A DNA stretch of 64,000 nucleotides from Candidatus Algichlamydia australiensis (GTDB lineage: Bacteria > Chlamydiota > Chlamydiia > Chlamydiales > JAJFMI01), in NCBI GenBank assembly GCA_033977065.1, contig JAXCHI010000003.1, forward strand, positions 352,001-416,000, given 5' to 3'. How positions within the stretch are numbered: position 1 is the stretch's first letter; every line of letters begins with the position of its first letter. A program made the translations under genes and the position numbers. The notes under the pieces are model-generated. The model was not told the DNA's origin, ran no database searches, and saw only the letters and a program-made list of their open reading frames with translations. Shown in pieces: positions 55,924-64,000 of this stretch.

Positions 55924-58422
55924 TTATCGTGTAAAGTGCTTTGAAAGAACACCTGCAAGCTTCATCATATCAAGTGGATCTTTGCTTCCAAAGACAGCAG
56001 TGAGTTTTTTATCGGGTACGATGAGACGCTTGTTTTTCTCATCCTGCAGATTGTTCTCTTTGATGTAGACCCAAAGTTTTTTTGTTGCTTCACCGCGTGT
56101 AACTTCTTCTTTTCCAATGATAGCAGCAAGCTCTTTTGAGGGTTTGTAGCTGGGTTGGCTTCTGCCTTTTGCCCCTTTCTTTCGCGGTTTTTTGACGTAA
56201 GCTGTTTTGGGATGGTTTACGTATTTTTTTCCTAGCTCTTCAATGCTATTTGCAATGACGTCGCAATCAGGATAGTTGGAACATGAGAAGAAGGGCTTGC
56301 CAAAGCGTGAGCGACGCTGACTAATCTTTCCATCACACCCAATTGCAGGGCAGTCGGGAAGATCTTCTGGTTTGGGGTCGCCTTTTTTTGGAATATTGAC
56401 GATCCCTCGGCAGTCGGGATAACGTGAACAGCCTAAGAAAGGACCAAAACGCCCATGGCGCAGAGTCATAGCTGAGCTGCACTTAGGACAGGGTTGATCC
56501 CAATCAAAATCTTCAGCGTAATCATCTTTGTTAAAGTCAAGCGCTTCGATAGCTGTAGTGTATTTACACTCAGGATAGTGAGAGCAGCCGTAGAAATATT
56601 TGCTTTTCGCCCAAATTTTTTGTAGCTTGTGACCGCATTCAGGACAGTCGATGTCGGTCATCTCTTTAGGAACGTGTGCCTCTTTAACGGCTTTATCAAG
56701 AACAGGTTCAAACTTGCCCCAAAACTCTTTTAAAAAGGCTTTCCAATCTTTTTTTCCCTCAGCAATTACATCAAGGTCATCCTCCATGTTGGCAGTGAAG
56801 CCAACATCCATGACCATAGCAAAATGATTTTCAAGCATTGCAGCGATGATTTTGCCAAGCTCTGTGGGCTTGAGAGTAAGCTTTTCTTTGACTGTGTAGT
56901 CCTTACTCTGAATTTTGTTCATGATCGTTGCGTAAGTAGAGGGACGACCAATTCCCGACTTTTCCAGCTCTTTCACAAGAGAAGCTTCTGTAAATCGCGC
57001 GGGAGGTTTTGTAAAAGACTGAGTTTTTTCTACTTGAAGAAGCTTGAGCACATCTCCCACTTTTAAGGCGGGAGGGAGAAGGCGCTCTTGGTCTTCGTTG
57101 CTCTCATCATCGCTTCCTTCACGGTATGCACGCAAATATCCATCAAATTTTAGAATGGAGCCTGTAGCACGAAGGAGCAAATTGGTGTCTGTTGTAATGT
57201 CAGAAGAGACGGTATCGTAAATCGCCGGTAGCATTTGAGAAGCGATGAATCGACGCCAGATCAATTGATAGAGTTTGAACTGGTCACTGGTAAGATAAGG
57301 TTTGATTTTCTCAGGAGGATGAGCAAAGTTTGTAGGACGAATCGCTTCGTGCGCATCTTGCGCTCCTTTTTTTGAACTATACTGCTTTGAGTCACTTGGC
57401 AGATAGCGTTTTCCATAGGCCTTCTCGATAAAACTACGTGCTGGACCAAATGCTTCTTTATCGATACGCACAGAGTCTGTACGCATGTAAGTGATCAAAC
57501 CTTCAGCACCCTCATTCCCTAGGTCAACCCCTTCATAGAGACTTTGAGCGATCGACATGGTGCGCGAAGCGGCAAAGCCGTAATAACGAGAGGCTTCTTG
57601 TTGCAGTGATGAGGTAATAAAGGGGGGAACAGGTGAACGACGCTTCTCTTTTTTCTCAAGTTTCGTGAGGGTATAGGTAGATTTTTGAAGAGTGTCAAAA
57701 AGTTCTTTAGCTTTTTTCTCGTTTGGGATCGTGGTACACCCTTTTTTCTCCTCTTTTTCAATGCGCTTGTCCTCAATCGAGTGGAGGGTCGCGCGGAAAC
57801 CTTTAGAATCTCCCTCACGTTGCAGATCGCAGCCAAGGGTCCAGTACTCAACAGGAACAAAAGCTTCGATCTCTTTTTCCCTATCAACAACAAGTTTTAA
57901 AGCAACAGACTGCACACGGCCGGCAGAAAGAAATCCATCACGACCACTCTGAATCCGACGATGGAGGATAGGAGAAATTTTATATCCAACAATGCGATCA
58001 AGTAGACGTCTGGCTTGTTGCGCATTTACAAGGTTGTCATCAATTTCGCGTGGATGTTTAAGCGCTTCTTCTACAGCACTTTTTGTGATGGCATTGAAGG
58101 TGACCCGCTTGCACTTGGTCCCTTTGGGCAAAATAGAGGCGATGTGCCACGCAATCGCTTCCCCTTCGCGATCGGGGTCGGGACAGAGGTAGACAGTGTC
58201 GACGGCTTTAGCCTCTTTTTTTAATTTTGCAATGACATCCTTTTTATCTGGGAGAGTCTCATATTCAGGAGTAAAATCACCTTTAAGGTCTATACCAAAT
58301 TTTTTAACCGGAAGATCGCGAATATGTCCCACAGAAGAGGCGAGTGTGAAGTTCTTTCCAAGAAACTTCTTTATCGTTTTTATTTTCGTCGGGGACTCGA
58401 CGATAATTAAGGCTTTCTTCAT
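55924..58422 (-). CDS. topA: DNA topoisomerase I with zinc ribbons and C-terminal SWIB domain
   Basis: IVESP.K, DPDREGE, SAGRVQ and ITYMRTDS motifs; SWIB tail LWVYIKENNLQD. Confidence 0.98.
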   Translation of the reverse strand: MKKALIIVESPTKIKTIKKFLGKNFTLASSVGHIRDLPVKKFGIDLKGDFTPEYETLPDKKDVIAKLKKEAKAVDTVYLCPDPDREGEAIAWHIASILPKGTKCKRVTFNAITKSAVEEALKHPREIDDNLVNAQQARRLLDRIVGYKISPILHRRIQSGRDGFLSAGRVQSVALKLVVDREKEIEAFVPVEYWTLGCDLQREGDSKGFRATLHSIEDKRIEKEEKKGCTTIPNEKKAKELFDTLQKSTYTLTKLEKKEKRRSPVPPFITSSLQQEASRYYGFAASRTMSIAQSLYEGVDLGNEGAEGLITYMRTDSVRIDKEAFGPARSFIEKAYGKRYLPSDSKQYSSKKGAQDAHEAIRPTNFAHPPEKIKPYLTSDQFKLYQLIWRRFIASQMLPAIYDTVSSDITTDTNLLLRATGSILKFDGYLRAYREGSDDESNEDQERLLPPALKVGDVLKLLQVEKTQSFTKPPARFTEASLVKELEKSGIGRPSTYATIMNKIQSKDYTVKEKLTLKPTELGKIIAAMLENHFAMVMDVGFTANMEDDLDVIAEGKKDWKAFLKEFWGKFEPVLDKAVKEAHVPKEMTDIDCPECGHKLQKIWAKSKYFYGCSHYPECKYTTAIEALDFNKDDYAEDFDWDQPCPKCSSAMTLRHGRFGPFLGCSRYPDCRGIVNIPKKGDPKPEDLPDCPAIGCDGKISQRRSRFGKPFFSCSNYPDCDVIANSIEELGKKYVNHPKTAYVKKPRKKGAKGRSQPSYKPSKELAAIIGKEEVTRGEATKKLWVYIKENNLQDEKNKRLIVPDKKLTAVFGSKDPLDMMKLAGVLSKHFTR

Positions 58423-58568
58423 CTAATTTAGAATAGTACTACTGAATCTTGTAAGCATAAGGGGTTTTTTCAATTTACGCAAGTCGCTATTTAAAAGAGA
58501 TAAAAACTCGCTTCCCCCTCTCTCCATAGGTAGTAACTTAACTATAAAATCCGTTATAATAAGTCTCA

Positions 58569-59372
58569 ATGAAGGTCAAAAATATTTTACTCTGTATATT
58601 TCTTTTTGCTGCTGGGGGCTTTATTGGGAAAAAGGCGCATAAGTGGCAAGAGGGGCGTGCACGTGAATTGAAAGTTCCAACTCTTGAAAGAGAGTTTATT
58701 GGGATTGAAGAGAGCCCAGAGCGGGATGTCTATCTCTTTCTTCATTCAAAAAACCATTCGCAAGCAATTTGCCGCTCTCTTTCTACCATCAACAAACAGA
58801 AATACTCTAAACTTCATATTTTTTATTTTGATGAGAACTCTACCGATGGCACATGGGAAAAAGCTCTTCAATATATTGACGAGCAACACGTTCCTGTCGA
58901 ATTTACAATGCATGGCAACAGAAGGGCGTTGAAAGATGAGGCGGCTCAAATTATCGAAGCAGCGTCTCCAGAAACCCTCATTATCTCTCTAGAGGGAAAG
59001 GATTGGCTGCCACATGATAGGGTTGTCCAACTTGTCAATCACAAGATTGCTGAAGAGAAATGCTCCCTTCTTTTAGGGCAACTCTCCACATACCCCAAAT
59101 ATGAGCTTGGCATTGCAAGCCGCTGGATCAAAATTAAAGTAGACCAACAGAAATGGCCGCGAGCAAAATCTTTTACTAAAGTGTTCAAGGCCTTTAGAGC
59201 GTCACTCTTTCAAAAGACGCCAGGAGTTGATCTTTTCGACTTGCAAGATGCGGCTGTCTTTCGCCGTCTTTATGAGGCTGCCAAAGAGAAAACTTTTTTT
59301 TCAAAGTCTGTCTATTATGTCGACAATCGTTTAGAGCCGGGTAAAAAACTGCTCTTTTCTGAGGGAGAGTGA
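58569..59372 (+). CDS. Divergent GT2-like glycosyltransferase, N-terminally anchored
   Basis: N...I.RSL..I..Q.Y and DENSTDGT motifs; the DxD position is degenerate (EGKD). Confidence 0.6.
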   Translation: MKVKNILLCIFLFAAGGFIGKKAHKWQEGRARELKVPTLEREFIGIEESPERDVYLFLHSKNHSQAICRSLSTINKQKYSKLHIFYFDENSTDGTWEKALQYIDEQHVPVEFTMHGNRRALKDEAAQIIEAASPETLIISLEGKDWLPHDRVVQLVNHKIAEEKCSLLLGQLSTYPKYELGIASRWIKIKVDQQKWPRAKSFTKVFKAFRASLFQKTPGVDLFDLQDAAVFRRLYEAAKEKTFFSKSVYYVDNRLEPGKKLLFSEGE

Positions 59373-60364
59373 TGATCTTTCTTCTTTTTATTCTACTCTT
59401 TGGTGCGCAAGACTTCTATTCATTAATGGGGGAGAAGAGTTCGCGTTGGAGCTTTGTCAATTGCGCAGAAGATAGGCAGCAGCTGGAGCGCTACGCCTCT
59501 CTTTACGATCGCAATGCTGCGCTTCAATTTGAGAAAAATGAAAAGGAGAAAATCCCTTCCGATCTTCATCTCATTTGGCTTGGACCTCGCCCCTTCCCGT
59601 CTGAGTCGGTAGAGAATATTCGCATGTGGCGCTCGGCTCACCCTAACTGGACCTTTCACTTCTGGACCGACCGCGCTCGCCCTGCCCCTATTCAAGGAAT
59701 GGTCCTGCATCAGGCTGATGACTTTCCCTTTCAAGAATTAGGTGACTACTACAAAGAATCATCAAACTGGGGGCAGAAGTCGGATCTTTTGCGTTATGAA
59801 ATTTTGCAGCAGAGGGGCGGGATCTACATCGATCACGACGCCAACTGTTTGCGATCGTTTGATGGCCTGCGCAAAGGGTATGATTTTTTCGCCTGCCTTG
59901 AGATGCCTCATGCGCGGGTTGCGGGATACTCGGTGACTGCCGGCATCGGTATTTTAGGAGCTGTACAAGAGCACCCCGTGATTTCTGGAGCAATTGAAGA
60001 GGTTAAAACTCATTGGGAGGAGAGTAAAAATCTTTTTCCCCAAACTTCTCCTAAATCTGTGCGCGAATATGTGATGCACAGTACGTACATGGCGACAACG
60101 CGCTCGATGCAAAAACACCTTGATCAGCCTGGATTTACCGACATTATCCTGCCCGCGTGCTACTTCTATCCGCAAAAAGGATTCAAGCCGCTCTACTCCT
60201 TCCACTACTACGGAACAAGCTGGGCAGGAATCGAAAAGAGAGGAACTTTTGAAAAAGAGATCAAAAAAAGTTTGCGAAATAGTGTAAAGCTGAAGAACTG
60301 GCTCTACCTGCTTTTAGCATTAGCGATCCCTCTCTCATTTTTTAGGAGGCGACAGTGTTCATAA
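59369..60364 (+). CDS. GT32/Och1-like (DxD) glycosyltransferase
   Basis: IP..LH.IWLG and SDLLRYEIL...GGIYIDHD motifs; signal peptide and C-terminal TM. Confidence 0.85.
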   Translation: MMIFLLFILLFGAQDFYSLMGEKSSRWSFVNCAEDRQQLERYASLYDRNAALQFEKNEKEKIPSDLHLIWLGPRPFPSESVENIRMWRSAHPNWTFHFWTDRARPAPIQGMVLHQADDFPFQELGDYYKESSNWGQKSDLLRYEILQQRGGIYIDHDANCLRSFDGLRKGYDFFACLEMPHARVAGYSVTAGIGILGAVQEHPVISGAIEEVKTHWEESKNLFPQTSPKSVREYVMHSTYMATTRSMQKHLDQPGFTDIILPACYFYPQKGFKPLYSFHYYGTSWAGIEKRGTFEKEIKKSLRNSVKLKNWLYLLLALAIPLSFFRRRQCS

Positions 60365-61266
60365 AACTTTTTCTACTTTTCATTACGCAGATGGGCGACC
60401 CAACCTACTTGCGTACGAGTGAAGACCATCAGCAAATGCAATTTTATGCTGAGCATTATGAGAAGTTTACTCCTCAAGGAGAGATTCCACAAACATTGCA
60501 TTTTATTTGGGTGGGCGGGAGCGCACTCCCTGCTGAGAGTAGAAAAAATATTGCAAAGTGGGTAAGACTGCACCCTGGTTGGAAGGTCAAGCTTTGGAGT
60601 GATCGTAAAAGGGCAACACCACACCCACAAGTAGAAGTGCAGCTGCTTGAAGAGTTGCCGCGGCTGGGGAATCTTTTTGCCGCTTCAGATAATGAAGGGG
60701 AGCGAGCCGCACTTAGTGCAATTGAGATTTTAGAGAGAGAGGGGGGTGTCTATCTTGATTGCGACACAATTCCTAAAAAAAACCTTGAAAAACTGCATGC
60801 GACACACACTTTTTACACGGGTTTAGCTCCCTTATCAACCTCTTTATTAAGTAGTTCTGTGCAGATAAGTCCCCATATTATTGGCGCGGCCGCCCACCAT
60901 CCAATTTTACAAAAGACACTTGTTAACATTGAAGAGTCTTGGAATCCCGCTCAATTTGAGGGACAGAGTTTTGATGCGATCTACTACCGCACTAAACACC
61001 ACACACTTCTTCCTTTCGAAAAAGCGATTCGCGAACATCTTGGCCCCCACGATCGCATCTACCCAGCGGAAACTTTTACCAAAAATTTTCTCCTACATGA
61101 GGAGAAAAAACTCTGGCTGCCAGACGAAGATCGCTTTGCAAAAAGTATCTTACAAAAGCTCCTCGCTCAAGAAAAACACTTAAAATGTCTGCTTAGTATT
61201 CTCGCGCTTTTTGTCTGCATACAGCTTATCTTACTCGTTAGAAATGGACGAAAAAGAGCAGACTAA
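60355..61266 (+). CDS. GT32/Och1-like (DxD) glycosyltransferase, paralogue
   Basis: IPQTLHFIWVG and EIL...GGVYLDCD motifs; hydrophobic N- and C-termini. Confidence 0.8.
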   Translation: MFIKLFLLFITQMGDPTYLRTSEDHQQMQFYAEHYEKFTPQGEIPQTLHFIWVGGSALPAESRKNIAKWVRLHPGWKVKLWSDRKRATPHPQVEVQLLEELPRLGNLFAASDNEGERAALSAIEILEREGGVYLDCDTIPKKNLEKLHATHTFYTGLAPLSTSLLSSSVQISPHIIGAAAHHPILQKTLVNIEESWNPAQFEGQSFDAIYYRTKHHTLLPFEKAIREHLGPHDRIYPAETFTKNFLLHEEKKLWLPDEDRFAKSILQKLLAQEKHLKCLLSILALFVCIQLILLVRNGRKRAD

Positions 61267-61876
61267 CCTCTACTACGAAGGGTTTTTGCAAGGTCCGAAA
61301 GAATCTGAAAAGGATTTTAGACGACGCATTGCGCTTACCAAGGAGGTGGCGCAAAACCCAGAAAAATTGGGACTCAAGGATGTAGAGGTGGGGAAGACGA
61401 TTGGAGAGTTTCATCTCCCGTGGCTTCTTCATAAAATTTCGAATAAAGGGTTGCCTCCATGGGAGGGAGCAGCGATTTGGATCATTGATTATCAAGGAGT
61501 AAAAATCCCCTTTTTGCATCTACGCAAACGCTTTGCACAAAATGAGGAGGTACTCAAGCATGAGCTTGTGCATATTCTGCGAATCGCTTTTGACGATCCC
61601 CGCTTTGAAGAGATTATTGCTTTCTCTACCTCTAAATCTCGCTTGAGGCGCTGGTTAGGACCTCTCTTTCGCACACCAAGAGAGTCCATTTTTTTTCTTT
61701 TCATTACATTTTTTTCTGTTACGATCGCTTTTTGGAAGGAGATGTTTTTAGTCCTCCCTCTGCTCGCACTGCTCTTTTTTGGTTTGCGGCTAGCAAGAGA
61801 CTGTAGAATATTCTCTTTGAACAAAAAGAGCTTTCCATTTGTAGAAAAATTTGTTTATGAAAAAAATTCTCCTTAG
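61244..61876 (+). CDS. Conserved chlamydial membrane protein with HExxH (CT642-like)
   Basis: HELVHILR...FEEIIAF.TS...RR..GPLFR.P.ES, plus two C-terminal TMs. Confidence 0.7.
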   Translation: MDEKEQTNLYYEGFLQGPKESEKDFRRRIALTKEVAQNPEKLGLKDVEVGKTIGEFHLPWLLHKISNKGLPPWEGAAIWIIDYQGVKIPFLHLRKRFAQNEEVLKHELVHILRIAFDDPRFEEIIAFSTSKSRLRRWLGPLFRTPRESIFFLFITFFSVTIAFWKEMFLVLPLLALLFFGLRLARDCRIFSLNKKSFPFVEKFVYEKNSP

Positions 61877-62621
61877 TCTGATTGCATTTTCAACACTCTT
61901 TTCCACGCCCGTTGAAAATCGAGAGAGAATTGGACTTCTTAGCTATCCAAGAGTAGGGTCACGTTGGTTTATGTACGCTCTGATTTTCGGTGCAAACCGC
62001 TCCTGGAGGGTCAATCACAGCTCTAAAAATACCGATGCCGTTCTCTGGCATAACTTTGAACAGGAGGTGGATGAGAGCAAAGTTGTACTTGATACTTCGC
62101 ACCACCGTCTTTTTTTTGAGAAAGAGTACTTGCGTGAAAGAGATAAGTTGATTCTCATCCTTCGCAATTATCGTGAGTGCTTGATTCGGCACAGTGGAGT
62201 GGAAAAAGTCCTGCAAATGATTCATGAGCTCAATACAAAGAGCGGGGGGAAGTTTTCTGCAAACTGGTACTTAAAAAATTTACAGTTTTTTGATGATTGG
62301 CCCGAAGAGAGACGCTTGCTCATCTACTATGAGGATATGATCCAAAATCCAAAAGAGGTATTTGAGAGAGTTGCCACTTTTATTGATGAAGACCCAGAGG
62401 TGTTTGCAAGCTTTCTTGCGCACTACAAAGAGCATGTTGCGAAAAGTTTAGCATGGAGAAATGCTAAAGAGGGACACGTACGCGCGCAATCAATGGGAAG
62501 AGATTTGAGTTACCACTCAAAGCGTATTTCTAGAAAAAAGAGACAAAAGTTTGATGAGGCTGTAAAAAATAATTATCCCGATCTCTGGGAAAAATATTTA
62601 ACCCGTTATGAGAGTAAATGA
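61851..62621 (+). CDS. Sulfotransferase-fold protein with signal peptide, paralogue 3
   Basis: LLSYPRVGSRW, ILRNYRE and IYYEDMI..PKE motifs. Confidence 0.75.
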   Translation: MFMKKILLSLIAFSTLFSTPVENRERIGLLSYPRVGSRWFMYALIFGANRSWRVNHSSKNTDAVLWHNFEQEVDESKVVLDTSHHRLFFEKEYLRERDKLILILRNYRECLIRHSGVEKVLQMIHELNTKSGGKFSANWYLKNLQFFDDWPEERRLLIYYEDMIQNPKEVFERVATFIDEDPEVFASFLAHYKEHVAKSLAWRNAKEGHVRAQSMGRDLSYHSKRISRKKRQKFDEAVKNNYPDLWEKYLTRYESK

Positions 62622-63382
62622 TGAAAAAAATTCTATTTGGATTGATCGCGGTAGCAACACTTTTTTCTTCACCGAATGAAGCTCCTGTCTCGCCTAAAAT
62701 AGGTCTCTTGAGTTATCCAAGATCGGGCTCAAAGTGGTTTATGTATGTTCTTCTTTTTGGGGCGGAGCGCAATTGGAAAATTAATCACCAACTTTGGAAA
62801 CACTTTCAGACAGAGATTGATTATAGTAAAATTATCTTAGACCACTCTCACCACAAAAAAGTTTTTGCAAGACACTTTCAACCTGAAAGGGACAAGCTAA
62901 TCGTTCTTGTTCGCAATTATAGAGAGTGCATTATTCGCAGACATGGGGCGGCTAAAATTGCACAAATCATCAGCAGCATTAAAAATCAGAACTTTGAGAA
63001 GCTCAACACAAATTGGTACTTCGATCAACTGGCGTTTTTTGATGAGTGGCCTGAAGAGAATCGCCTTCTTGTCTATTACGAGGATATGATTTTACGACCT
63101 AGAGAGGTTTTTGAAGAAGTTGTTGCATTCATAGGAGATGATCCGGTAATTTTAGAGGATTTTTTTGCCAGCTACAAAGAGCATGTAGCAAAAAGCTTAG
63201 CGTGGAGAAGCGCTAAAGAGAAAACCATGCGTCCTGTTTCTAAGGGAAAAGATTTGAGCTACCACTCAAAGCGCATATCTGAAAAAGAGATTTACGCTTT
63301 TGATGAGGCGGTGAAAAAGAGCTATCCCGATCTATGGGAAAAATACTTAACTCGTTACGAGAAATTCCCGCAGCAGCTTTAG
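62618..63382 (+). CDS. Sulfotransferase-fold protein with signal peptide, paralogue 4
   Basis: LLSYPRSGSKW, LVRNYRE and VYYEDMI..PRE motifs. Confidence 0.8.
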   Translation: MMKKILFGLIAVATLFSSPNEAPVSPKIGLLSYPRSGSKWFMYVLLFGAERNWKINHQLWKHFQTEIDYSKIILDHSHHKKVFARHFQPERDKLIVLVRNYRECIIRRHGAAKIAQIISSIKNQNFEKLNTNWYFDQLAFFDEWPEENRLLVYYEDMILRPREVFEEVVAFIGDDPVILEDFFASYKEHVAKSLAWRSAKEKTMRPVSKGKDLSYHSKRISEKEIYAFDEAVKKSYPDLWEKYLTRYEKFPQQL

Positions 63383-64000
63383 CATAAATTCGATGCGGTT
63401 CAGATAGGTGTGATTCTCTTTTACAAAATCCATTAATTCAAAAATCTCTTCGTTTGAAATTTTGGGAATCTGTCTATATGCATCGTTAAATAGTTCGGCA
63501 GTGTCGGAATTGTAAATAATTTTCCGATTAAAGAGCTCATAGACGCGTTTTGAGTTTGTCACGCCCATTTGTCCATAGCTAATATTTTTAAAAATACGAC
63601 AGGGGACATACCCTTTTTTTGCCTGCCAAGGTCCTACGATTGTCGGGGCCATAAAAGAGCGCATGATCAAGTCGCGGTTCTCTTTTACACTTACACGCCG
63701 TTTAGTGATAAAAGGAATCCTCTTTTTGTTTGAGGCGGATTTGAAGGGTTGAATTGTTTGCATGTTACCAAACTCACCCGAGCCTATGGTTCCAATCCAG
63801 TAAATTTTTTTCTCCTTTTCTGTTTGAAGAAGACGCAGCTTGTTCTCCTCAATTTCGTGCGGAAGAAGGTCTGTTGCCCAAGGCATGTAGAGGGCTCTGC
63901 GCTCTACAGAGTAGTAGTGGCATGGAGCGTATTTTGTGAGGCCTTTTCTTGTGAGCACATCATCTGTATAGACTTGAAAGCAGAAAGTTCTCCCTGCATC
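63347..64000 (-). CDS. Partial glycosyltransferase-like (GT-B/CgeB-like) protein; start lies outside the window
   Basis: PWATD, CRIFKNISYG and HTYLNR motifs resemble the CgeB-type C-terminus. Confidence 0.55.
   Translation of the reverse strand, partial: DAGRTFCFQVYTDDVLTRKGLTKYAPCHYYSVERRALYMPWATDLLPHEIEENKLRLLQTEKEKKIYWIGTIGSGEFGNMQTIQPFKSASNKKRIPFITKRRVSVKENRDLIMRSFMAPTIVGPWQAKKGYVPCRIFKNISYGQMGVTNSKRVYELFNRKIIYNSDTAELFNDAYRQIPKISNEEIFELMDFVKENHTYLNRIEFMLKLLREFLVTS

Noticed and set aside
31980..58422. Long GreA, tandem-domain ThyX and TopA-SWIB fusion as novelties
   Set aside because: All are established chlamydial traits.

Overview
A 64-kb chromosomal segment from a member of the phylum Chlamydiota, most likely an environmental (non-Chlamydiaceae) lineage. 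The evidence is the thrS-parA/pGP5-like-pGP6D block, the long GreA, TopA with a C-terminal SWIB domain, tandem-domain ThyX, and MOMP-like and Lpg1974-like porins. The core carries thrS, dapA, ung, tRNA-Pro(GGG), ispA, recA, glk, dusB, ygfA, oppA, rdgB, greA, nqrA, thyX, two tyrP-like permeases, uvrB and topA. The main observations beyond the core genes are: (1) a probable replication origin at about 13.57-13.79 kb, with a phased array of DnaA-box-like 9-mers and an apparent GC-skew switch; (2) a family of ~120-bp hairpin elements whose paired bases co-vary while the unpaired bases and a terminal GCGAAGC mini-hairpin stay conserved; (3) several unrelated ~160-170-bp fully palindromic insertion elements, with three different non-coding elements plus a nested IS903-like IS interrupting one yhcG gene; (4) a stand-alone LanM-type (DUF4135-like) kinase/dehydratase with no cyclase; (5) four signal-peptide-bearing sulfotransferase-like paralogues clustered with membrane-anchored glycosyltransferases; (6) an oppA operon with an internal amber stop, three Cys-containing secreted paralogues and an unannotated 55-aa lipoprotein; and (7) two AAA/DUF4143 ATPase genes, each preceded by its own palindromic repeats at 32-bp spacing. 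All family assignments come from motif recognition by eye; no database searches were run.
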